Assembly: GCF_000497125.1 (NCBI RefSeq) | Contig: NC_090599.1 | Location: forward strand, 558,001-622,000 | Source of the DNA: Spironucleus salmonicida | Taxonomy: Eukaryota | DNA length: 64,000 nt | Reading direction: 5' to 3' | In this document: piece after piece, positions 53,314-64,000 of the stretch | How the letters are laid out: each line of letters starts with the position of its first letter | How positions within the stretch are numbered: position 1 is the first letter of the stretch | Made by a program: the position numbers and the translations under genes | The notes under the pieces: model-generated | Told to the model about the DNA's origin: nothing | Databases searched by the model: none | Seen by the model: only the letters and a program-made list of their open reading frames with translations

Positions 53314-54108
53314 TTGAAGAGTTTCTGTGTTGATTTTATATATAAAAATATAATTAAACTGAATGGTTGGTTAGGCGTGCTTGATTTTAGATTAGAGTTA
53401 AAACGGATAATAAAAACATAACAATATCTTAGAAATGAACATATGTAAAAATTTATGAATTTGCTAAATTATATAATAATAAAATTGGCTGGAGTGTTAT
53501 ACATCAATATACTTGATAATTCTTCAAATCTGAACCCGCTACAATTCTCTATGAATACATGAATCAAAATTAATAATAATAAATTTAATGTTCAACAATT
53601 CAAAAAATCAAAAATATTCAAAAATCTGAATATTAATTAATATTTAATCTAAATAATTACCATATAAAAATTTTTCGTAGAATTTTTACATGTACCGTAG
53701 AAACTTTAAACGAATCATTTTTGTAGCAAAAACATTTATTATATAATATTAATATTATTAATCAAGTAAGTCATTATGATTGAAAAGTATGAAAAGACTT
53801 TCCCTTGATTGTAGTAAGAGGTTCATTGGCAATAAACCTAACTGAAGATTAACACTGCTATTTTAGTGATTTAAACTTATTGAGACTTACATGTTTGCGA
53901 AGTACTTAGCTTTAAACTAAAGTTTCATTTGAAATATTAAAATTCAAGGCTTATTCTCTCTATAACTAATATATGCTTTTAGAAGGAAAAATAATATCAT
54001 TTTCTGATAAAGAAAAGCTGCCGCTTCTACTTATTGGACTACTAAACATCCCTTTAAAGGAAGGTAATATAATTATTATATATTATACTATTTTATTTAA
54101 AATTTTAA

Positions 54109-55455
54109 ATGGCAATTCCAGCTGATAACTTGTTCTTGGCAATTTCAAATTATAAAGAGATAGCTGAATTGCATACATAATTGAAATAATCTTTTATAAA
54201 TGAGTAATATGCGACATCTAAAATAGTTATATCTTAAATTTAGGTATTAATATCTCCAAACTCAGAATTATTTAAGTAGCTTTAATAATGCCTAGTAAAT
54301 TTACCATAATCTTCAAGAGTTAGATAAAAATCTTTATCTAAGCCTAAAAATACTACCAAGCCACATAGATTTGTCGATAATTAGGCTATATCTCCATAAT
54401 CCTCATTTTACAACTCTCCACCATCTCTTACTTAACCACTTTAGCCATATTAAAACAATGATAACAGTTATTATTTCAATACTCTTAAAACTATGTAAAT
54501 TCCATATTAGTAATCTAAAAAGCCTGATATTTCTGATATTAATATTGAATAATTACGATAGGAGGCAATTTATAAGATAACTGACTAAAAGTAATAATTA
54601 CGAGAAAATGTTTATTAATATTATGCGTATCCTTAAAGTAACACACAGTAAAGTCTTTACTATAATACTAATGATAATGAACTGGAAGATGAAAATGATG
54701 GGTTTATTTAGCCACCATTTATTGATTTAGGCAGAAATCAATCATCAAATTAGGTTTAGAACACACATAATGCTGATACTTTAAAAACTAATCACAAACA
54801 AGATAAAACTGTTAGATTTTCTATCGAAAAAGAAGACCTACATTTTAATGAAATTCCAACATTACCTAAAATTAATTTATTAAAAGTTGATGTTGATTAA
54901 AGTTAAAGGTATGATTTTGAATAGTTGATAGATAATTTATCCGCTGAAATACCCCCAGAAGTATTTGGTTAAAAATTTGACAATGATATAGGTTAAATTT
55001 TTCAATAAAATAATAAGACCAGTTCGCCAATCTCTAGTTTCAACTCATTTTAGTTAAATCCTATTGTTTATGCAGCCGATGAGTATACTGCAATTCCATT
55101 CACGTTTTTAGATTCTAGTATCATACTGACAACAATTAAGCAATTAAATCTATGGGATAATGTTTAAACTGTTTACTAAAAGTTAGTATAAACATCAGAA
55201 TTTGCTAAAGAGATTCATTCAATCTTAATAGAACATGATATAGATATTGCCATAAACTTTGACTACTCACGTGATGAGGTAAGAGGACTATTGAATTTAG
55301 GAAAGATTTATTTCGGTAGAGCTAGTGTAGCTTTGCAACGTGCTGTACGATAACGTTCCCCACGACTTGGCAGTGATGTAAGATTTGGAGAGGCACTAGT
55401 TGATGCAGGCGATCTAGTAGGCTTATGTGCAATGCTTCGTGCGATGGGTGGCTGA
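54109..55455 (+). CDS. Hypothetical protein (448 aa)
   Basis: Code-6 ORF MAIPADNLFLAISNYKEIAELH...LCAMLRAMGG-TGA. Confidence 0.7.
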
Positions 55456-55628
55456 CCCGCTTCAAAGGTCTCCAGACGTTCCTCAATGGAAATTTTGGCG
55501 TCAGCTATGGTGCTCGGTGTGACTTCGAGGTATTCGCCAATGGAACCCTCGTCTTCTCCAAAGCCTAGGAGGGCGCCTATCCCAGTTCCCCCGCGGTGCT
55601 TGGGGCGATAGAGGCGCTCGTGGCATGA
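55425..55628 (+). pseudogene. Diverged SelW-derived copy lacking the CxxU N-terminus (open 67-codon frame overlapping the upstream gene's end)
   Basis: RFKGLQTFLNGNFGVSYGARCDFEVFANGTLVFSKAQEGAYPSSPAVLGAIEALVA versus the SelW at 62989-63216; in-frame 12-nt deletion; similarity begins at about 55456. Confidence 0.8.
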
Positions 55629-55634
55629 AAATGT

Positions 55635-55688
55635 AAACTGAAGCTGTGACGTGGGCAGGATAAGAGCCGTCCGTACTGATTGAGTTTT
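55635..55688 (+). promoter_or_regulatory. SECIS-derived element (altered 3' arm) copied with the SelW fragment
   Basis: ctgTGACgtgggcaggataagagccgtccgtacTGATtgag versus parent ctgTGATgtgggcaggataagcgcgagcccctgctaacTGAG. Confidence 0.55.
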
Positions 55689-55923
55689 TTCAATCGGCTA
55701 ATATTTTTTCATTATCTATTTTTATCCCCTTATCTAAATTTTCCACTAGAAATAATTTTAACGACCAAATCTCATCCATCCAAAATCTATTTTAACAATT
55801 TCTTTGACTCTAAAATTAAGATCAACCACCATTTAATCAATACCCTTAATAGTAGAATATTTACATTTTTATAAAATATATTATTTTATATATTTATTCA
55901 TATTTTTTATCCACTCCAAATTA

Positions 55924-57177
55924 ATGTACCTACACCAGCAAAAGTCTATTACAAAATTTCTGTCATCGTCAAACTTCAAAACACTCGTGACGAACCAAAC
56001 TGGCCTCTGTAGATCCCTTTTACCCCAGAATTTGATGCGCAAAATGTCGTTTTGCGCTACCTCCAAATTGGACTCCCAGGCCACAGATTTGGCTAATGTG
56101 TCGGAGCTCGTTTTCGTGATTTTGGAAGCAGAACAAGGCGAGGCGATCCAGCTCATAAACCAGATCCGCAAATACCTTGCGATCCAAATCGTCCAAATCC
56201 CGTCCGTTTTCCCACACCTGCCAGTGCCGGAGACGTAGAAAACGCCGCCAGCCAACTTTAGGGCCATTTCGCTTCCGTTAATCGAATTTTTCACTCCAAA
56301 TTTTACAATTTCTACGCTAGAATCGCTTAACAATTCGATTTTCCACTTCACAAATTCTACAGGTTACGGAACCGTAAAATCACACGTCAGCCAGGCCTTT
56401 CCAACCTGCATGTCGGGCCCAAGTCTGCACTACATTTCGCGTGATTTGACGCTTTTCAACAAATTCCGCACCTTCACTTCCTACGGTGCTCTGGTTTTTG
56501 AGTATTTTGAAAAAATTTCCAAGGAAGAAGCGGAAAATCAAATTGAAATTGAATTCACCATTTTACTCACTGATGCCATTTTTTGTGAAAATTTGGCTCT
56601 GGATTTCGCTGAATTTGCGCAAATTCTTCCAAAAATTGTCAATTCTCACAAAATCAAGCAAACGGAAGCCAAAAGGACGCAGAATTTGCACTTAATTTAG
56701 GAAGTGGAAAACGAAAAATCCTCTATCGATTTACACGTTCGAATGAGCAAAAATCTCATGACAATAATTTAAGAATTTGGGTTATATCAGTTAAAAGAAG
56801 TGGAAAATGAAATTCTAAGTGGATTTTTGAGTGTCGAGAACACTGAAAATAAACTGAAATAGTTAAAAATCAACGATAAACTGCGAGAGAAGTTTTGCAG
56901 GCTATACGGGCTCGTCCAGGGAAGCAATTTGCTCGGGAGTGGCTTCAAAGTGCAGAAGGTTATGTTTAATGACGGGCTTTTAGATAGATTGAACAAAAAA
57001 GCGCTATGTTTGAAAACCATCGTGGGCTAGAGTGTTAAGGGGTTTGAATTTTAGACATTGAGTCAAGGGAATGGAAAATTGAATTTCGCTTACATTGATG
57101 GAAGTTGCTGTCTTGGCGAACTAATCGAACTGGGCGGAAGTATTGGCTGTTAGGCCATAACACAGTGGTGGGAGTGA
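55924..57177 (+). CDS. Divergent Sec1/Munc18 (SM) family protein (417 aa)
   Basis: ISRDLTLFNKFRTFTSYGALVFE resembles DRxxDxxTPLxxxxTYxxLxxE; IDLHVRMSKNL...LKEVENEILSG; AYIDGSCCLGE; CCACTCC upstream. Confidence 0.65.
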
Positions 57178-58800
57178 TTTATAGTGGCTAGTATGGTGTC
57201 GAATCAAAAAATAATAGAGAGAAGAATTTAGTAAAATTAGATAACTGAAACCTCAAAATCGATAATAGTTTTGTAGATAAATAAATATACCTTCTTATGG
57301 TTATAATTAAAAGATTTACTAAGAAAGGTCATCTATTAGCACAAAGATTAAGAATATTTCCTATGTTGAAATTGTCAATGATTTTTACTTTATGATTAAA
57401 TCGAAAATTTTGTACGTGTATTATAAATTGTTGATATTTTAATTAGATTACGCTTTTTGTCATAAATTCGTTAACTATAATCTTAGTTGGTGTATTATAC
57501 GTTGAATTTGGTATGGATGAACTAAAATCAAGTTATTAACACTAAATAAAATCTGCTAAAATTATATATTTATGTGTTCTATATGCGAATAACCGCTAAA
57601 AATTATAATTGCGTTATCATATTTGTTAAGAACTCTAGTGTTTCCCCTCTTACCATACCAAAACTACTTGCAATTGGCTTGTTACTTATAACTTTACGGA
57701 TCTTGCTTTTACAACAAATTATTGTACCTCAATTGCTGGAATAAAAATAGTACAATACATATTAATACTATTATTTATAAAATAGTAAGTTTGATACTAA
57801 TTTTTATCGATAATATTCTTTTAGAGTTATTATGTTGGAAAAAAGATATTTAAATTACCATATATTATGTCTTTAGAATATCATTTTCAGCTCTAAAATA
57901 TTAGATAAAGATTTAAGTCTATCTTAACATATTACTGGAGTTTATTATGAAAATTAATTAGGGTATTTAGCCAAAGTTTATTATTCTCAACATTTTCTAT
58001 ATAAAATTTGAAACATAAGAGTTCATATTATCTATTAGAATAATCTATCTCTAAGGTGACCACTATCTAAATAAAACTATTTTATACGCACGTATAATTA
58101 ATATTAAGTCATATGAGACTGTATATAAAGCTTTTCCATGTATATGGCTACAATTTCTTGTTTCTTGGTAATATATATTTCTACTGTAAGAACCTTTTAG
58201 AAAAAAGTTGTAGTTCGTTAGTTATAAATATTATCAATTAAATATTTGAAAAAATAGGGTTATCTAGAATTGGTGTAAACGTCAATACGATGGGATCAAT
58301 TATTATTTCATAATTATGAATTTAATAGTATTTCTACTATTCGCAAATGAAGTAATTACTTTACTTTCAACTACTCTTGACAGTCCGATAACATTTTATT
58401 AATTGAGATTACAAGTATGAACATTATTTTCTAACGATGTTAAAACGAAAGATTCAATATATGTATATATTAATAATTAAAGGATATTAATTAAAAATAT
58501 ACTATTTTAAAAATAAATACGTATTGCAACATTTTCTACTATATTAATTATATGAGTGTCAGTAATAATATACTACAATTTTAGCTATAATTGTATTATC
58601 GTTACTTATAAAAAACTAATCATTATGAGAGCAATTAAAAAATAAAACTCTGATAATCACTGTAACTATCTTTCAAATCCACACTTTAAATAAGGTATAC
58701 TTTTAATGTACTTATGTATTTATAATATATGTTTTGGTTAACAATATAAATATAAACTATGAAATTTATTTTAAAAAATTACTTGAATGAGAATTAATAA

Positions 58801-59697
58801 TCAGATAATATTGTCGTGAACATTTTCTGAAGTGCGTATTTCAATACTAATTTTATCTGCATAGTAAAATGTTATATTATTTTCATATCTTTATGGTCCA
58901 AATCCACTAGCTATAGGCCTATTTGACGCATCTTTACGACCAGTTGTCTTTAAACATACGACAGGTAATACTAATGCTATTATTAAGAGACAACAAATGC
59001 AAACTAGCATTACTATCTATTGAGCAGTATATTTGTTGTTTTAACTTTCACCAGTAATATGTTCAATTATTTTTAGATTTGTTCCTGTAAAGTAAGTTTT
59101 TTCAAATTAAAATATATTAATACCTGTATCAAATATTTTTACGTCAGATACGTCTCTCAGCCCGCTAATTTTATCAAAACATGTAGATGGATTTTATTAT
59201 ACAAAAGAATCTGGGCAGCTCAATTTTATCTTATTGCGTACAGCTCCTTTTAAATGAAAATTAGATCCAAAACTTAAAAATTAACCTTATGATAAATCTG
59301 TTCCCTTTGGAAATTCAACTATTATTGAATTATTTTTTTCAGATTCATAGATCAAACTAATTTTTATCTCAGCAGATGAAGTTGCATATATCAATTTTTT
59401 CACATATATTCTTATTTTTTCTTATTTGTAGTCTACAGTGATTATCTATTCAGTACTATTTTAAAAATATTCAGAAATTTACCGTAGATCAGTACTCCTA
59501 ATAGGCGCTTGAAACTATAAATTATTTTATTGAGATTGAATAAAGTTATACTCTTCTCCATTAATATTTACTGTGAAGTCTGAAATATTATTTATATTCT
59601 TTCGCATTAACACGATCTAAATGCTGACTTTATCATCATATACTGTTAAAAATCCTATAATATCATCGCTTATTGCCATTGCCATTATGAAGAGCAT
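58801..59697 (-). CDS. Type I membrane protein family B, copy 3 (298 aa), AT-rich and divergent
   Basis: CPDSFVQQNPSTCFDKISGL, QIVMLVCICCLL and RKDASNRPIASGFG match copies 1 and 2. Confidence 0.85.
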
Positions 59698-59962
59698 TTT
59701 AAACTAGGATTGAAAACTCTAAAATCTTTAAATCTTATTTTGTTTATATATGCTTACATTATATAAAAGATTAAGTTTTTGTCTGACTGAGAGGTTGGAA
59801 CTAAGAAATCACTAAAGTATAATAATTTTTAAAACTAATGTATACAGACATGTATTAGTAATCGGTTAGAGTAATAGAGTTTCTAAGTATAAAACTAATT
59901 TATCTCATCAAATAGTAACTCTATCAATAAAATTTAAACTGAAAACGTAATAGCTACATAAA

Positions 59963-60424
59963 TCAGTCTAATTATTTGTACCCAACAAGTGACTTTAGTT
60001 TAATATTATTATAAGACTTTGACACCGGTGAATTATGTAAGGATACTATGGGCGATCTCCGTCGCATTCCACTTGAAGGAGGTAGTGATACGGGTGTTTG
60101 CTTAGTTTGAAGATGGATTGACTCAGGTTGCTCTTCAATGTCTAATGTCAACTTCATTATGTCGTATTATTCGAAAACCGACTTGACCATTCGCGGCTAT
60201 TTGTGTGTAACTTGTAAAATTTTGTTTATATTCAATTTTTAAGGGGATAATTAGCGCGTTTCGTTGTCTTTGATATGTATATGCTGCATTTCAAATTGCG
60301 ACTTGACCCATCTTGGCTCAGTGAGCATTCGGAAGGACATATCCTCAAAAAAAACTTTTTTGACTGTCAGGGGGGCTTTTTTTGAATTTTTGTGCATTTG
60401 CTGCGTGGTCAGCCTCGGGTTCAT
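59963..60424 (-). CDS. Hypothetical protein (153 aa)
   Basis: Code-6 extension of track ORF 59972-60157. Confidence 0.55.
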
Positions 60425-60527
60425 TTTGAAACTATTGATAATTATCCTTATAAACTATAAAATATAATTTGCTAAAACCACATTACTATTATAATCAAAT
60501 ATTTTCACTATTATCAAATTCAGTAAA

Positions 60528-60600
60528 TGAGGCCAACAGGAGTCGAACCCATGACCGTTCGATCTGGAGTCGAATGCTCTGCCAACTGAGCTATGGCCCC
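60528..60600 (-). tRNA. tRNA-Trp (anticodon CCA)
   Basis: GGGGCCATAGCTCAGTTGGCAGAGCATTCGACTCCAGATCGAACGGTCATGGGTTCGACTCCTGTTGGCCTCA folds as a cloverleaf: acceptor GGGGCCA/TGGCCTC, anticodon stem TTCGA/TCGAA, loop CT-CCA-GA. Confidence 0.95.
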
Positions 60601-60613
60601 GTATTATTTTTAT

Positions 60614-61453
60614 TCACCCTTTAAGCTGGAACAACAAAAATATCAAAAAGCTGCCAAACATGCTCAAAATCAGCAAAACGACCGAATCCGCAGCGCTCGC
60701 CGCCTCCAGCTGCCGCCCGAGCAGCCCCTCGAGCACGCGATTTTACTCGCTCAGCTGCACGATCTGCAGCTGGTGCAGGTTGAGCCTGGGCACGCCCAGG
60801 GCCTGGAGCCTGCGCGCCATTTCGCTCAGGCTCACCTTTTCCTCCTCCTGGTTCAGGCTCAGGAGGATCAAAACGTTGCAAATTTCGTCGATTTCGACGA
60901 TTTCGCGGCTCAAAATTTCGTAAAAATGAAGTTTCAGCTCCGCGACTTCCACGAAGCTGTTCGCGAGGTCGAACTCCGCGGCCTCGAAATCGGCGACGAT
61001 TTTACGAAACGCGAAAAGGACGTCCAGAGAGACCTCAGGAGATTGAATTTGGGGGAATTTGAGCGTTTCGGAAATGCCAATATTAGGAGTGGAAAATGGA
61101 ATTGAATTTGAAATTTGCGAATGTGATATAAGGGGTTTCTGCGTCGTAGAAGGCGAGGAGAGCTGTTTCTGCGTCGCTGGCGTCAGGTTGACCGTCGGGT
61201 TCGTCGGGGGCGACGCCTGCGAAGAGGATGACTGCATTGCCGAGAAGAGGCGCAGTTCGACGTCTGGGCGCGACTCGTTGTTCACCGGTGAGTTGATGTG
61301 CGTTAGCGGTCGCTCGGAAAGCTGGATTGTTACTGTGTCCGGGTTGTAATTGAAAGCTGACATGTCAAATTCCTGGATTATCGGCTGGTCGTCGTCCGAT
61401 ATCGCTAATGAGCTGTCTAGATGAATTGCGAGGCTAGAAATCTGTGATGACAT
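60614..61453 (-). CDS. Hypothetical protein with C-terminal TM helix (279 aa)
   Basis: Code-6 extension of track ORF 60743-61453; ends VVLLILSMFGSFLIFLLFQLKG. Confidence 0.7.
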
Positions 61454-61483
61454 TTTTGGAATTATATATAATATTATATAATA

Positions 61484-62497
61484 TCACTATTATTTCCTCT
61501 TCTCTTCTACGACCGATGCGATTATGCCTCCAACAACACCTCCAATCACACCAAATAGGCCCATACCGATACCGATTCCCATACTGACTGCTTTTGCTGT
61601 TATGGATTTTTCCTTATTCTCCTTTATTTTACTGAAAAATTCTGATAGTATTGCAGCGTTAGAGTCTAAGTGGAAAACCTCGCCATATCCGTTCGTAAGG
61701 CATTCCATAATAAGTTCAAGCTTATCTGTCGATTATTTCATATTTTATGTCATGAGATTCAAGTTATATTTCTTGTCTTCTGGTACAAGAAGGGGTGCAT
61801 ACGCACGAAAACAAACAGATATTAGTTGCTATTATACAAAAGAGCGCAAATCAGGATACTATAAGAAACAGATTAAAAGTTCTTGAGTAACATATGGAGA
61901 TGTAGAATATCTAATTCCAGAGGAAAATTAATATTTTAAGAGAATCTCTGGTTATAATTCACATTTTTTCATAACATTAAATAAGTCTTTATCATTCTTT
62001 TATAACAATTTAGTTGTTTCATGGCATTCTTAAACAAAAAATTTCTAATCAAAATGGGTTTGGTTATATAACTACGTCATAATTTAGGTTGCGATATTTA
62101 AAACATAATTTACATTGCTAAAAAACTTTGAAAGCGATAACTCTAATGGTATATACTCAATATCGGTGCTAGTTACCAAATTTATATCTGCAACTTCAAC
62201 ATAGCATGTAAATATTACTTCAAATATATCAGTTAATCCTTAATAATATAGCGATGATTTAACAGGTGATAAGGAAAGTATATGTATAAAAAATGATTCA
62301 AAAACACTTTAAATACTTCGAGAACTAATATTAGGATGAATACTTCTTAGATACTGCAAAGATCTAAGACAATCTTTATGGATTTTGTCATAAAGTTGTT
62401 TTGCCGAATCTTTAAACTCTGCAATTGAAATTTCTGGAAATTCAGTATCAGACTCACGATAATTTTTGCTAAAATAATCTTTAAGCTTGTTGAACAT
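61484..62497 (-). CDS. TBC-domain Rab GAP with C-terminal TM (TBC1D20/Gyp8-like), 337 aa
   Basis: KIHKDCLRS (IxxDxxR) and YYQGLTDI (YxQG) motifs; hydrophobic C-terminus. Confidence 0.8.
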
Positions 62498-62925
62498 TAT
62501 ATAATTATTCACTAGTTATAGTTATATAATATAATATTAATATTAAACGATAAAATAATACATTACATATACTGATAAAGATACTTATGAAACATACTAA
62601 AAGTTTCATAAAGAAGTGTAAAATAGAGTTTTAATTAAAAATAACAATCTAGATTTGCCGGACCTACTGTATTATAACAAGATAAATTAGTTTGATCTGA
62701 TTTTTATAAGAAATTTTCAATAACAATGTATAATTTTGTGTTTATAGGTAAAAGCAACCTAGCTAATTAAGTTAGTTTTAATAAAGGAATTTGATTCTTA
62801 GGTGTAAGGTTTAATTTTGAAACTATAAAGTACTATTAACTACAAAATTGTTGATATCACGAACAATATAAAAGAAGGATAGAAATGCCAAATAAAGGAA
62901 ATATAACAGATAATTGAAGAAATTA

Positions 62926-62982
62926 ACAAAACTCAGTTAGCAGGGGCTCGCGCTTATCCTGCCCACATCACAGCTTCAGTTT
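62926..62982 (-). promoter_or_regulatory. SECIS element (eukaryotic, form 2-like) in the SelW 3' UTR
   Basis: G-UGAU core, helix GUGGGCAGG/CCUGCUAAC, unpaired AUAA, apical GC-GCGA-GC ministem, closing UGAG. Confidence 0.8.
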
Positions 62983-62988
62983 ACATTT

Positions 62989-63216
62989 TCATGCCCCAAG
63001 CGCCTCTATAGCCGCCAGTACCGCGGGGGGACTGGGATAGGAGCCCTCCTTTGCTTTGGAGAAGACGAGGGTTCCGTTGGCGAAGACCTCGAAGTCGCCC
63101 AGAGCACCATACTCGAAGACAGCCTCGACACCAAGCTTTCCTTTGAGGAACGCTTGGAGACCTTTGAAGCGGGGCATGGAGCCTCAGGACTAACACATCA
63201 CGACCTTGATTTCCAT
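62989..63216 (-). CDS. SELENOW: Selenoprotein W / Rdx family selenoprotein (75 aa, CxxU)
   Basis: MEIKVVMCQSUGSMPRF...GDFEVFANGTLVFSKAKEGSYPSP; in-frame TGA at 63184-63186 in the CxxU position; Rdx motif GxFEVxxxGxLVFSK; downstream SECIS. Confidence 0.92.
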
Positions 63217-63808
63217 GTGAAGGAGTGGAGATTCGGAGTGGGATGGTTTTGTATAGTAACAAGTTAATATTATACATAATAAAATTATTGATAACAATTA
63301 GTAATGTTTTGTTTTTCTTAATATATAATAAGCTTATATTTCGTCTTAATGTGTATGTTTAACTTTATCAGTTTAAAATCAAGCAAATAATAACCGTCTA
63401 AAATATAAATTCTAAAAAGCCTGTAAGCTACTTCTGGACTTACATTATACTTAACTAACTTTAGTCGAAATAGCCTAATAATTATATCTGCGTTAAATTT
63501 TTTTATTAAAATTGATTATTTTTATTTTAGATGAATTAACTTCAATTATAGATAAATTTTTACATTAAATCAAAATTTATTTATAAAATTTACCAGTAGG
63601 CATTATATACCATATGTAAATTTTCGCTCTCTGCAAACCATTAACTTTTTATTGTCTTAATAAACTTTTGAGCTCTAACTATCATTATCATTATATATCG
63701 TAATTAAGACAATTTATTCAAAACCCAGCAATCCCATTAACTATATTATTATATATATTAACTTATAATTCGATTCCCTTTCTAATTTATTGAAATTTCC
63801 CTTTCACA

Positions 63809-64000
63809 ATGCAGTAATAACAGCACCCCTAAATATCAAACAACACCCAGTTTGTTGGTGTCACCTAGGACGAATCTGGCCGCCCTCTGTACATTATCAG
63901 AGACTAGGGCTAGAAATCCCGTAATCGAGGAATTGCAGCGCACAAAGCCAACATCGCAGTCGCACGTGCTCTCTCGTCCACCCTGCAAACGTCTTTAGGC
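63809..64000 (+). CDS. CCT5: Chaperonin CCT epsilon subunit (5' part; runs off the window)
   Basis: QDESGRPLYIIRDQGQKSRNRGIAAHKANIAVARALSSTLQTSLG resembles CCT5 DEYGRPFLIIKDQ...SLGP. Confidence 0.9.

Noticed and set aside
57200-58790. AT-rich interval as a mobile element or decayed gene
   Set aside because: No terminal repeats, transposase/RT motifs or recognisable ORF seen.
60528-60600. tRNA-Trp as a UGA suppressor or as functionally linked to the TrpRS duplication
   Set aside because: It has a standard CCA anticodon and a full 5-bp anticodon stem, and lies 18 kb from the nearest TrpRS copy; TGA behaves as stop throughout.
1-64000. Genome-wide pseudogenisation suggested by short standard-code ORFs
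   Set aside because: The interruptions are TAA/TAG at Gln-compatible positions; genes are intact under code 6.
1-64000. CRISPR arrays, rRNA genes, prokaryotic operons or transposons
   Set aside because: None seen; the repeats present are segmental gene duplications.

Overview
This is gene-dense, apparently intron-free eukaryotic DNA that uses the hexamitid/ciliate genetic code (table 6: TAA/TAG = Gln, TGA the only stop). It is most consistent with a hexamitid diplomonad such as Spironucleus, based on AGTGA signals overlapping stop codons, C-rich motifs upstream of starts, and very short intergenic spacers. The supplied standard-code ORF track therefore fragments almost every gene. Re-reading by hand in code 6 gives about 45 CDS, including RPN5, p24, AP-1 gamma-adaptin, XRN1, PP5, TrpRS, a GT8 glycosyltransferase, an aldo-keto reductase, SAPS/PP6R, two copines, a methyltransferase, GlcNAc kinase, NMT, a Sec1/Munc18 protein, a TBC Rab-GAP and CCT5, plus one tRNA-Trp(CCA). 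Five highlights stand out. (1) A 1.79-kb near-perfect inverted repeat (23189-24975 / 41588-43374) carries two TrpRS bodies but only one intact TrpRS 5' end, and the differences I found are all synonymous, which suggests a flippable 16.6-kb segment. (2) Homogenised paralog tracts are GC-rich while unconverted paralog sequence is AT-rich, suggesting GC-biased gene conversion. (3) A SelW/Rdx selenoprotein has its CxxU site encoded TGT TAG TCC TGA, with a SECIS in the 3' UTR. (4) A second SelW+SECIS fragment is joined to the UGA stop of an unrelated gene. (5) There are candidate divergent kinetochore proteins (CENP-C-like and Mps1/Mad3-type TPR). All family calls come from motif recognition by eye, not from database searches.
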